Positions 10,202-19,750 of a stretch of 64,000 bases of DNA are shown one piece after another. Every line of letters begins with the position of its first letter. Position 1 is the first letter of the stretch. The notes under the pieces were generated by a model that was not told where the DNA came from, did not search any database, and saw only the letters and a list, made by a program, of their open reading frames with translations. This stretch comes from an uncultured archaeon (GTDB taxonomy: Archaea; Thermoplasmatota; Penumbrarchaeia; JASLWR01), in contig CAYFHS010000012.1 of assembly GCA_964342815.1 (NCBI GenBank), forward strand, positions 56,600-120,599, given 5' to 3'. The position numbers and the translations under genes were made by a program.

Positions 10202-11545
10202 GTGAACATGCCGCTTGATCTGATGCTTTTTACCATTGCAATTACCACAGTTGCCGCCGTGGTCGGGGGTCTCATTACAATGATGTTCCCTGGAATGCAC
10301 GTTTACAACCTTTTGGGATTCATGATGATATTTTCCATGGCCACGGTGGAGAGCATTAACCCGATCTATCTGGCGTCTATCATAGTTGGATTGATGCTGG
10401 GTTACATCATGACCTTCTCTTCCATAAGTACTCTTTATTTCCAGGCACCCGACGACTCCACAATGTTCTTCATGATGCCTTCCCAGAAATACATGATGAA
10501 GGGAAAGGGGCATGCAGCTGCCGTGCTGGGTGCTGTTGGCTCGCTTGTTGGAGTTCTCATCGTGGTGGTGGGTCTCCCACTGGGAGGATTCATAATCAAG
10601 ATATTTTACGATGTGTTCAAAGAAGCAATGTTCTTTCTCACCGGTATCGTGATCTGCTTCATCCTCATGTCCGAATGGCCCAAGGATTTCGGACAGGGAC
10701 AGACCAAGTGGCAGCGGATGAGGGACGGGTGGTCCACTCTCATGTGGGGATATCTGGTGTTCTTCCTGGCCTCAATACTCGGTATAATAAACTTCAATAA
10801 ACCGCTCATTCCGGCATCCAACGCCTTTCAGAGTCTGGCGCCCATCTTTATCGGTCTTTTTGCCATTCCCTCCATGATCACCAACGTGATATCGAAGACA
10901 AACATTCCGCCGCAGTTCGTTTCCAAAAGCGTCCATCTAAGAGCCCATCATATTATTCAGAGCGGGGTATCCGGTGCGGCAGGAGGTCTGTACGGCGCTG
11001 TAACACCTGGAGTGACCCCGGGCCCATCTGGTTATATGGCGGGCCACGCGACAGCACAGAGCGGAGAGACGAATTTTCTAATGTCTATGAACGTGAACAG
11101 GATAGTGTATTACGTTGGGGCGGCCACGCTGCTGCTGCACCCCGACGTTCACCTAAGGAGAGGCGGGGTATCCATGTTCATTGACCTTTTCGGCTACTCT
11201 CCCAAGAGCTCCGCGGATTACTATCTCGTAATCTCAGCCCTATGTTTCGCAGCATTTTTCTCGTTCATTCTGATACTTGGTTTGTCCAGGGTGGCGGGGA
11301 AATTCGTGAGAAAGCTCGACTTCAGAATAATATCAATAATCAGTATCGTGGTGCTTGTGATCATTGTGGTGCTGTTCACCTCATGGCAGGGCCTGATAGT
11401 CCTCACCGTTGCTTCCGGACTCGGTCTCTTACCGGTTCTTTTCCAGACTCGCAGGATGAATCTTCTCGCAGTTCTGCTGACACCCATGTTCCTCAATATG
11501 AGCGGTGCCGGCGGTACCGTTGCAAAATTACTGGGGTTGATATAG
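10202..11545 (+). CDS. TctA-like (tripartite tricarboxylate transporter permease / DUF112) polytopic membrane protein
   Basis: About 12 hydrophobic segments; FPGMHVYN, QAPDDST, PGVTPG motifs. It abuts the upstream stop codon. Confidence 0.75.
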   Translation: MNMPLDLMLFTIAITTVAAVVGGLITMMFPGMHVYNLLGFMMIFSMATVESINPIYLASIIVGLMLGYIMTFSSISTLYFQAPDDSTMFFMMPSQKYMMKGKGHAAAVLGAVGSLVGVLIVVVGLPLGGFIIKIFYDVFKEAMFFLTGIVICFILMSEWPKDFGQGQTKWQRMRDGWSTLMWGYLVFFLASILGIINFNKPLIPASNAFQSLAPIFIGLFAIPSMITNVISKTNIPPQFVSKSVHLRAHHIIQSGVSGAAGGLYGAVTPGVTPGPSGYMAGHATAQSGETNFLMSMNVNRIVYYVGAATLLLHPDVHLRRGGVSMFIDLFGYSPKSSADYYLVISALCFAAFFSFILILGLSRVAGKFVRKLDFRIISIISIVVLVIIVVLFTSWQGLIVLTVASGLGLLPVLFQTRRMNLLAVLLTPMFLNMSGAGGTVAKLLGLI

Positions 11546-12633
11546 TGAAAGGCCTCACACATTACATCGTAGGGGTCGCCGTGGCGACATTCTTCATTGA
11601 CGCAGTCCAGATGACGCTTATCGACAAGTCCTGGATAATACTTCTGGGCGGTATCTTCGGAATACTTCCCGATTTCATGGATTTCCGCTTCGCAAGATAC
11701 TTGATAGTACACGATTACGAAGTTACACCCGGTCACAAGGAGCTGAATCCGCGCGTTGTGGCCGATACCATAGTAAAGGCCATCGACGAAGCGGCCCAGA
11801 CCGGGAAATCCGTAAAGATAAAACTTCACTCCATGAAGGTAACCCAGGACCTCTGGAGGCAGTATTCCGTCCAGTTCGATACGGACCGTAAGGAAGTTAT
11901 TGCAAGGATCGGACCTCTCGTGACCACTGGTCAGACAGAACAACCGGACACGGCACCAAAGGGAGACAAGGCAATGGCGGTTGCGAAGTACAAGAGCGAC
12001 ATCAACCACACTTACCACCTGGCAACTAACATAGATATCTGGCACGGGAACGATTACGAGTTCGTCCCCGAGGGCGATAAGGTTCGAGTGGATTTCATAC
12101 CATGGCACAGAAAGATATGGCATTCTCTCACAGCCGCTTTCCTCTTCGCCCCAATAGGACTGCTTCTATATGGTCTGGATTACGAGGGAATTCTAGCCGC
12201 CATAATAATAATCGTGGCATTCTGGTCCCATGTTCTCGCGGACCAGATGGGTAATCTCGGATCGAACTTGATCTATCCATTCACTAAAAAGAGGTCAAGG
12301 GGTTTGAAGCTCACCAGCGCAGCGGACCCATTTTCAAATATCTCTTTCGTTTGGGGTGCCATCGCGATAATCATCTTCAATTTCAACGCGTTCAATTTCA
12401 CCCATACCTTCATGATGTGGGGGATCGACGATTATCATGGTCTGAATTACTTCATAGGATTTGGGGAGTATTTTCTGCTGATTGTGGTGATACCCATGGT
12501 CCTTCTGAAACTGGGGATAACGTTTTACAAAAAGAAATTCATTACACGGACGGTAAAGGAAGAGCCCTTATCGGATGAGGAAAAGGAGGCCCTTGAGTCA
12601 CTGGCGGAGATAAGCGACGTGGTAAGGGGGTAA
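11545..12633 (+). CDS. YdjM-like membrane-bound metal-dependent hydrolase with an inserted soluble domain
   Basis: Start reassigned to GTG 11545 (MKGLTHY), overlapping the upstream TAG by 1 nt. Motifs THxxxG, LPDFMD, HRxxWHS, SHVLAD. Confidence 0.8.
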   Translation: MKGLTHYIVGVAVATFFIDAVQMTLIDKSWIILLGGIFGILPDFMDFRFARYLIVHDYEVTPGHKELNPRVVADTIVKAIDEAAQTGKSVKIKLHSMKVTQDLWRQYSVQFDTDRKEVIARIGPLVTTGQTEQPDTAPKGDKAMAVAKYKSDINHTYHLATNIDIWHGNDYEFVPEGDKVRVDFIPWHRKIWHSLTAAFLFAPIGLLLYGLDYEGILAAIIIIVAFWSHVLADQMGNLGSNLIYPFTKKRSRGLKLTSAADPFSNISFVWGAIAIIIFNFNAFNFTHTFMMWGIDDYHGLNYFIGFGEYFLLIVVIPMVLLKLGITFYKKKFITRTVKEEPLSDEEKEALESLAEISDVVRG

Positions 12634-12636
12634 TAA

Positions 12637-15600
12637 ATGAATGCCGAGCCGAATATTATTTATAAAAGGGCCTTTACAGCCATCGTATCCGTCGTTCTGC
12701 TGACAAGCGCTTTACTGAGCTTGCTTCCATTGGCAGGATCATCACCCGATAGAGAAAGCAGATCGGTACTGGAAATAGTTATCAGCGAGGTCGCGCCTCA
12801 CGGTGGCGGTTTTCAGGGTGAGGACTGGCTCGAACTTCTTGTGGTCTCGGGCAGCGGGGACATCTCGGATTACGTGGTGACGAGTTTCGACAGCCAGGAT
12901 GATGACGAGAGCTTCGCGAATTCCACAGTTACGGTGAATGAGGGCGAACGCCTCTTGGTACATTACAACGGTAGCTTAGCGGACGAAACGGATATAACGG
13001 GAGACACTAACGGGAACGGATACATCGATCTGTACATTGCTTCGTCCGAGCTCTCACGTACTCATGAACAGGCCGCTCTCTATACAGCTTCAGATTATTC
13101 CGTTATGGTGGACGCCGTATGCTGGAGCAAAGGGGATATCACCGCAAGCGAGGCGGCAGATGCCCAGAACCTTGTTGACCTGGGAATGTGGCCCTCGAAC
13201 TCTGCATCAGACATGGTTTACTCGGGTGACATAGACAAAGGGATAAGCATAGCAAGAAAGGAGGGGAGGAATGACACCGACAAGCAAAGTGATTGGTACG
13301 TGGAACCGAAAAGTTCTCCAGGGGCCGAAAACAAATTTTTTAACTTTACTGGAGAGGTGCTAATAACCGGGGTATACCTTTCCGGATCCCCCAAGGCACT
13401 TACAATAAAGGTGATCACCGGAGGTGGTGATGTTTCCTGCCTGTCCGTATCCGATCTCGATCGTGCCCCAATCTTTCTCGCCACCGAACCGGTCAGTCTC
13501 ACTCAAGGTGATGAGCTTATATTATATTTCGGAACGGGAACGAATGAAACAGACTCCATAGGGGATATAAATCAGAACAATCTTTGGGAACTGTTTATCG
13601 ATCCAAAGATTTCTCCCACAGGTACCACGGATGCAGTTGCACTCTTCAACGGACTGGACGTAATGGACGCTGTTGCATGGTGTACCGATGGAAAGCTCAG
13701 TTCAGGTGAAATATCCGACCTGGAGTTCCTAATTTCCCAAAACGCATGGGACGGAAATACCAGTGAACACTGTGTGAATATCTCCTTGATGGGCTCACGA
13801 AATGAGCTTGTTCGATCAGAACTAAACGACACGAATACCAGTGCCGACTGGACCATCAGCGGTGAGATAAACAAAGAGATCGATCTCAAGAAATTCGACC
13901 TTGAGACCTTCCGGAACGTGGATTCTGTTACATGTGGTGTTTCCCCCGATTCGAGCTTTTGGTTATTGGCCGGGTTAATTGAGAATGCAACGGAAAGTAT
14001 CCATATCGAGGTTTACCAGTTCGATAATTTTAAAATCGCTGAGAAAGTATTTGCCGCTCAAGAAAGGGGCGTTGAGGTGAAGGTATTGCTGGAGGGAGCG
14101 CCGGTTGCCGGTATACCTGACATGGAAAAATATGTTATGAAAGTAATAACTGATAAGGGAGGGGAGGTCCGTTATATAATCACGGATTCGGATGCTGGTA
14201 TAAAGGAGAGGTACACAAACGTTCACTCTAAATTCATGGTTGTTGATGGGGAGAAATCTTTCATTACTTCCGAGAATTTCAGGGATGACGCTATTCCCTA
14301 CTACGGTACCAAGGGAAACAGAGGATGGTCGGTTCTCATCGAATCGGTTGAGGTTGCGGAATACTTTGAAGGGGTTTTCTCATATGATTTCACACCCAGC
14401 AGCCCAGATACCTTTCCATTTACCGAGAACGATCCTGTTTACGGGGGTCCCCCGGATGGCTTCAACCCGTCATCCAGCCCAAAAAGCGGAAAACACGAAA
14501 AGGTTTTCCACGAACAAAAATTCACGGGTAATATCTATGTAACTCCTATCCTGTGCCCGGACCATACCGGTGATTTGAAGGCCATTTTACCACTTATTGA
14601 AAGCGCAAAAGATTATATCTGGGTAGAGCAACACAGCGTGGGAGTGATATGGGACGACAGTAATAATAAAATTGATAATCAATATTTGGATGCACTTCAC
14701 CAGGCGGCAAGGCGGGGCGTGGAGGTGAGGGTTATCCTCGATTCCAAGTTTGAGTTCGATAATAAACATGAGGAGATCGTCAATAATTTAAATGAGCTTG
14801 CCAAGACAGAAAGACTAAACATGGTAGCAAAGTTATCCTCCAATAAACGAATCGAAGTGGAAAAGGTTCATAATAAAGGAATCATAGTGGACGGTATGAA
14901 AGTACTGGTATCGTCTATCAACTGGGCCACCAATTCCATCTATAACAACCGCGAGGCCGGGGTCATTATAGAGAACGAAGAGGTTGCCGATTATTATTCA
15001 AAGGCATTCCTTCTGGATTGGGGTGAGAACAATACAGGGGTCATAGAGGGAATCGTCACGAACCCGGATGGCAACTATATCTCAGGGGCCGATGTGAAGA
15101 TTGAAGGCACGGGCTTCAATACGATAACAGAATCGGATGGTAGTTTCATCATAACCGGCGTTCCGGTGGGAACCTATATTTTGAAGGTCACTGCCGTGGG
15201 ATTCGAAGAGCATTCCCAGGGTGTCACGGTGGAATTATGGGTGCCAGCCAATGTCACATGCATCATAGGTTCCTGGGGAGCTATTGAGGGAATTGTAAAA
15301 GATATCAATGGAAACCCAATGAAAGGAGCGAAGGTGATAATCGACGATACCGATATAGTCGTTTACACAGACGATAAAGGCCGTTATCTTATAGAGAAAG
15401 CCCCGGTTGGCAGTTATTATCTGAACATAACAATGAAAAAATACCGGAATCTTCTCACCCAGGTTGAAGTGGAGATGGGTAAGATTTATCAGGCAGAGTC
15501 GACCATTACTAAGGAAAGCTCAACCGGGACCGATGGAGAAGATTCCAATAAACCACCCCTTTATCTTCTGGTAATTCTAGGAGTTATCCTTGTGCTGGTA

Positions 15601-15723
15601 TTGGTTATTTTTTCAGCGATTGTACTAAACGCAAAAAAAGTAAGCAAATTGGAAAAGGGAAAGAAAGTAACCCGCATCAGCGGAGATCAGCATCCCTTTG
15701 ACGATAAGATCGAAAAGGAATAA
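12637..15723 (+). CDS. Membrane-anchored exoenzyme: two lamin-tail-like domains, phospholipase D (2x HKD), two carboxypeptidase-regulatory-like domains, C-terminal TM
   Basis: IVISEV...DWLEL and VLITGV LTD-like starts; HSKFMVVD (14224-14247) and HNKGIIVD (14869-14892); IEGIV...GA.V.I repeats. Confidence 0.85.
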   Translation: MNAEPNIIYKRAFTAIVSVVLLTSALLSLLPLAGSSPDRESRSVLEIVISEVAPHGGGFQGEDWLELLVVSGSGDISDYVVTSFDSQDDDESFANSTVTVNEGERLLVHYNGSLADETDITGDTNGNGYIDLYIASSELSRTHEQAALYTASDYSVMVDAVCWSKGDITASEAADAQNLVDLGMWPSNSASDMVYSGDIDKGISIARKEGRNDTDKQSDWYVEPKSSPGAENKFFNFTGEVLITGVYLSGSPKALTIKVITGGGDVSCLSVSDLDRAPIFLATEPVSLTQGDELILYFGTGTNETDSIGDINQNNLWELFIDPKISPTGTTDAVALFNGLDVMDAVAWCTDGKLSSGEISDLEFLISQNAWDGNTSEHCVNISLMGSRNELVRSELNDTNTSADWTISGEINKEIDLKKFDLETFRNVDSVTCGVSPDSSFWLLAGLIENATESIHIEVYQFDNFKIAEKVFAAQERGVEVKVLLEGAPVAGIPDMEKYVMKVITDKGGEVRYIITDSDAGIKERYTNVHSKFMVVDGEKSFITSENFRDDAIPYYGTKGNRGWSVLIESVEVAEYFEGVFSYDFTPSSPDTFPFTENDPVYGGPPDGFNPSSSPKSGKHEKVFHEQKFTGNIYVTPILCPDHTGDLKAILPLIESAKDYIWVEQHSVGVIWDDSNNKIDNQYLDALHQAARRGVEVRVILDSKFEFDNKHEEIVNNLNELAKTERLNMVAKLSSNKRIEVEKVHNKGIIVDGMKVLVSSINWATNSIYNNREAGVIIENEEVADYYSKAFLLDWGENNTGVIEGIVTNPDGNYISGADVKIEGTGFNTITESDGSFIITGVPVGTYILKVTAVGFEEHSQGVTVELWVPANVTCIIGSWGAIEGIVKDINGNPMKGAKVIIDDTDIVVYTDDKGRYLIEKAPVGSYYLNITMKKYRNLLTQVEVEMGKIYQAESTITKESSTGTDGEDSNKPPLYLLVILGVILVLVLVIFSAIVLNAKKVSKLEKGKKVTRISGDQHPFDDKIEKE

Positions 15724-15839
15724 TGATAAGGTAAAAATTAAATTTCACCACTGGATATTTATGATAACAAGAACAATGATAAAATATTAATCGTAAGAAA
15801 TCCCTTTGCCTAATATTAGATCGTTCCGCGGGTGTAAAA

Positions 15840-17039
15840 ATGAGCTTGAAAATTATCCATTCTCCAAAGCCGATACTATTCGCAATTATTGCAGTAATAA
15901 TCATTTTCCTACCAATTTTTTCTGTTACACAACCAGCAAGATCACAAGCCGTGGCCACCGGGACCGCGCTGCGGGAAGTTAACCTGAGGATGAATGCAAA
16001 CGGACTTACGCCCATCACTCCTCCGGAAGACGAGACGACAAGAAAAAGATCGACGCCAAGTGGACTAATGCCTTTCCCGGTCCCTGGAATATCTCTTATA
16101 AACCCGAATTTTCAGAAAGTGGGAACGTGGGAGCTGGATAATATCGCGGATGTTATTTCTATTCAGCAGCCGGTGAAATTCATAATATGGTTGTCCACAT
16201 CCAGTGCCACAAGCGGGGATATAAAGTTCACCCTGAAATACGGTACTGTAGTTGTGGCCGGACCAACCGTGCTCGATGCCAACAATATCGATACCTCAGC
16301 AAAGCGGTACGAGGTTTCCTCACATGCGAACCTCACCACCACGGATAGCGGAAAACCGTTGGGATTAGAGATTGAGTCCAAAATAAACGGGGACGGGGTT
16401 ATGATCCATTATGGAGGTTATCAAGAGGATTCGGGGGTTAGTTTCATGAGCGATGCGGTGAAATTCAAGTATTTGCATGCAGGACCGAAGGAATTTTGTG
16501 TGGAATTCAGCGATGCTTTTCGGGCTCCCGTAAACGACATCTACCCCATAATCTTCGTAGATGATATGGCTGTGTATGACGAGGATGGAAACGTTCTCGA
16601 GCGGACAATATCAGAGAACGGTAACAATTTATTCAAATGGAAATTGAAGCTCCTTCCGGGAGTACATACCTTTCTCGTGGGGATCGCTTATGCTAAAAAC
16701 AGGGACATCAACCTTACCTGGAACACACAGGTGAGTCTCAAGGTCGTATTAGAAGATAATGACCGAAGTTGGTTACAAGGTATGGGTACTGGAGATATTA
16801 TCGTCATGTTCTTGTTGATGATAGGAGTGCTGGTATTTTTCATATCCATTTTCGCGGTTCTATCGTCCCGAAGTTCCGCAAAAAATGTATACGTGCGCAG
16901 ATCACCAATACCAGATCGGTATCGGTTGATCGTAAAAAAGAAGATGGACCGCTTCCATATGAAGCCAAGACCCGCTGTAAGGTCCGCAAGGCAAACCGGG
17001 GGAAAGAGGGCTTTTCATAAAGCGAAAAAAAAGAAGTAA
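15840..17039 (+). CDS. Secreted or membrane-anchored hypothetical protein with a basic cytoplasmic tail
   Basis: Signal peptide, beta-rich body, C-terminal TM, K/R-rich tail. Confidence 0.75.
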   Translation: MSLKIIHSPKPILFAIIAVIIIFLPIFSVTQPARSQAVATGTALREVNLRMNANGLTPITPPEDETTRKRSTPSGLMPFPVPGISLINPNFQKVGTWELDNIADVISIQQPVKFIIWLSTSSATSGDIKFTLKYGTVVVAGPTVLDANNIDTSAKRYEVSSHANLTTTDSGKPLGLEIESKINGDGVMIHYGGYQEDSGVSFMSDAVKFKYLHAGPKEFCVEFSDAFRAPVNDIYPIIFVDDMAVYDEDGNVLERTISENGNNLFKWKLKLLPGVHTFLVGIAYAKNRDINLTWNTQVSLKVVLEDNDRSWLQGMGTGDIIVMFLLMIGVLVFFISIFAVLSSRSSAKNVYVRRSPIPDRYRLIVKKKMDRFHMKPRPAVRSARQTGGKRAFHKAKKKK

Positions 17040-17052
17040 ATTTTCCTTTTTT

Positions 17053-17832
17053 TTATTTATCCTGGGATTCATTTCCCGTCTTTTTCTGAATAGCTATCGC
17101 CTCAAGAAGATCAAGTTCACCTATGGCCACCCGGGCTGCCAGCGTACGTGATATCGTCACAAATGAGCCGCTTCTTATCCGGCTGATCCTCTGAATATCT
17201 TTTAATTCACCCGGGGTGGGATTGATATTCATATAACTCTCCACGGGGGAGCCGGGCATAGAAGATATTTCGATAGCAGCATTGATATGAGGATCGTGCT
17301 TCAAGCGTGTCGTGCTGGTCTCATCTGCGATCTCAAGGATAAACTCATTTTTTTTCCTCAGCTCCAAAAGGTCGTTTATGATACGATTCCGGATAGTTAC
17401 AGCCTGGTGACCCACCTTGACCTTTCTATTTTCCGCATCATATGTGTAAAAGACCTTCTCGACGATAACAGAAACCTCTTGGGGTGAATAACATTTGTAC
17501 TGGTTAATCAACTCACCGTCCCCAATTACCGCCACACCGGGAGACTTGCCCGGATCCACTCCTATCACCAAATACTTGATCCTAACGCGACCGCGGAGTA
17601 TCTCAAGGGCCCGATCAACCATTCGAGGGATATCACCCTCTGTTTCCACTATGATCTTTCGTGGAAAATCGATCTCTTCCATGCAGGACCGGGTTGTGAT
17701 AACCACACCAACATTGTAGGGGATCGGCTCGCCCCCCGCAAGGGATATAAAACTGATATTTTTCCTCTTCAATTCCCTTATCAATCCGTAATACAGTCGA
17801 AATTCATCTGTAATAAGGGCCATTATCTTCAT
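17053..17832 (-). CDS. Conserved archaeal hypothetical protein with an RNase H-like (RuvC/YqgF-type) domain
   Basis: VIGVDPGKSPGVAVI beta-strand/Asp motif, IADETSTT, NAAIEI. Confidence 0.6.
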   Translation of the reverse strand: MKIMALITDEFRLYYGLIRELKRKNISFISLAGGEPIPYNVGVVITTRSCMEEIDFPRKIIVETEGDIPRMVDRALEILRGRVRIKYLVIGVDPGKSPGVAVIGDGELINQYKCYSPQEVSVIVEKVFYTYDAENRKVKVGHQAVTIRNRIINDLLELRKKNEFILEIADETSTTRLKHDPHINAAIEISSMPGSPVESYMNINPTPGELKDIQRISRIRSGSFVTISRTLAARVAIGELDLLEAIAIQKKTGNESQDK

Positions 17833-17874
17833 GGTGCATCCCGGCGGTCAATGGAATCAACTCAAACTTTTACA

Positions 17875-19737
17875 TCACTCACCCCAGTCAACCGCGCCTT
17901 CCACGATATAATCCTCGTCAAAGAACTCCTCCTGGGAACCTACGAAAACGTTGGTCTTTTCCTTTAGCTGAAACGCCCTTCCATCCATGGCCCGCATTCC
18001 CCTGGTGGCAAAGGTAAGTCGGTTCTGCCCGAGGTTCTGGAATCTAAGTTTCATTCTCTCGCTGTGGGAAGCCTGACCCTTTATTTCCGCTATCTTCCTG
18101 AAACCTTTCTGGTCCACCACTCCGGAGACCTTTAACATGATCTCTTTTATATGGGTATTCGAATTGTTCTTAATAGTTATCTCCGCAGGTACCCAATCCT
18201 CAACCCTTGAGGCCTCCTCCAGTAGATTAATATTAACGTCGATATCTATCTCCTTCATCTCCATTTCCCTGAAGAATTGTTCGATCTGACCAACTTCCCT
18301 TTTGACATCCATTGCTTTCCCTTTCTTGTAGGCATTCATAGCCTTCTCCAAATGGTCTGTAATATCCTTTGGAACCATGCAAACCTTTTCGAAGCTCTTC
18401 AACTTTTCCTTGAGAGCCTTGAGTTCGATGCCCCCTTCCCGCTTCTCCTGTTCCTTCCGAGAATGTCTCGCTCGGGCTCTGGATAATGCGGAATATGTGG
18501 CCGTGATGTATTCCTGTATCTTTTTGTAATCTTCCGCGGTCTTTGCTTGTTCCATCTTCTCGATGATCTTCTCCACCAGGTTCTCAGCATCCTCGATATC
18601 CACGCCCTTTGAGCGGTCCTGCTGAAGCTCGCCGTTTAGAGCCATGAGGGCATTTCTAACGTTGGCGTACATATTCTCCATATTGGAGCGCTGCCTCCAA
18701 TCGATCTCGTCCTTTACAATATCCAACTCGACACTGGACTGCCGGGCATATTCCTCGGCCATCTTGAAATCCGATGCCAAGAGCATGCGGTTGGCTTCCC
18801 CCAGTATCGATTCAGCTTGGTAAACGTTCACTCCCAGGTTCTTGGCGAGGTATAACCGGGAAGAAACTCCCTCAACCTTATTCAATGTCTTCTGGTAAGT
18901 CTTGACGTGGGATTCGATCAAGGGTCCAGCTTTTTGTGCGAGATCTATGGCTGTGAAGAAATCTGCATTGTAAACCGCATATTCCGCCTGAGATAGGGTT
19001 TCCTGGACGTTGGAAAAGATAATATCCGGTTGGAGCGATATCTCGTAATAGGAATCCTGAATCAATTTATTGACGTATTCGGTCTGGGCTACATCTAGTA
19101 GTTTCGTAAAATTCTCCATTTCCTTGTAAGCGTTATTCAGGTCATTTGCCTTGATATGGACGTTTATAATTTCCAGTTTATCAGGCATTTCCGGATTTTC
19201 TATCTCAAGTTTTTTGCACTGCTCATACCTGCGTATCAATTCATCTAGATAGGTCGATATCTGAGAATATCTCTGATATATATCCTCAGTCAGAGTCCAT
19301 GCCTGACTTGCGTATAACATAGCTGCCTCATGGTCGTGCAGTTTCATCTTGCTACGCAGTGCTGCCAGCAGCCTCAGGGGTTTTTTCATATCCATACCCA
19401 GCTCCGTATATTTCTTGATATTAGCGAGGCTCTGTTCAACCGTTGCGATTATTTCCTGGACTTTCAGATCGATATTATGAGCAGTATTCTTTGCCTTATT
19501 CAGACGATTTCCCACCGCAATGTAGTCCTTCATACCCCTGCAACGCGTGAACTGGCTCTTGGCGGACAACAATTCCTGTTTCGAAGCACTGACGTCCACA
19601 CCGTCTGCGGCCAAAGACAAGAGATATGCATCCATCTCGACAAATTCGTTCTCCAGGTACTCCTTGAACTTTTTTGTCTTTGCAAGTATCTCCATAGTTT
19701 TCGTAACCTTTGCACGAAATTCATCGCTCTCATCCAT
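17875..19737 (-). CDS. Helical-repeat/coiled-coil protein with a C-terminal Ig/CARDB-like domain
   Basis: Recurrent G(V/M)(D/N)(V/I/M)xxA..LL helical units; C-terminal EITIKNNSN...F-beta sandwich. Confidence 0.75.
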   Translation of the reverse strand: MDESDEFRAKVTKTMEILAKTKKFKEYLENEFVEMDAYLLSLAADGVDVSASKQELLSAKSQFTRCRGMKDYIAVGNRLNKAKNTAHNIDLKVQEIIATVEQSLANIKKYTELGMDMKKPLRLLAALRSKMKLHDHEAAMLYASQAWTLTEDIYQRYSQISTYLDELIRRYEQCKKLEIENPEMPDKLEIINVHIKANDLNNAYKEMENFTKLLDVAQTEYVNKLIQDSYYEISLQPDIIFSNVQETLSQAEYAVYNADFFTAIDLAQKAGPLIESHVKTYQKTLNKVEGVSSRLYLAKNLGVNVYQAESILGEANRMLLASDFKMAEEYARQSSVELDIVKDEIDWRQRSNMENMYANVRNALMALNGELQQDRSKGVDIEDAENLVEKIIEKMEQAKTAEDYKKIQEYITATYSALSRARARHSRKEQEKREGGIELKALKEKLKSFEKVCMVPKDITDHLEKAMNAYKKGKAMDVKREVGQIEQFFREMEMKEIDIDVNINLLEEASRVEDWVPAEITIKNNSNTHIKEIMLKVSGVVDQKGFRKIAEIKGQASHSERMKLRFQNLGQNRLTFATRGMRAMDGRAFQLKEKTNVFVGSQEEFFDEDYIVEGAVDWGE

Positions 19738-19750
19738 AAAAAAGCTCCCT

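Noticed and set aside
11242-11544. 5' extension of the YdjM-like ORF, and the antisense ORF 11221-12123
   Set aside because: The extension overlaps the TctA-like CDS, and the family motif begins at GTG 11545. The antisense ORF has no recognisable features.
12637-15723. PLD gene as a known anti-phage PLD nuclease (restriction/DISARM-type)
   Set aside because: The signal peptide, lamin-tail and carboxypeptidase-regulatory domains and TM anchor indicate an extracellular enzyme. There is no helicase or methylase neighbour.
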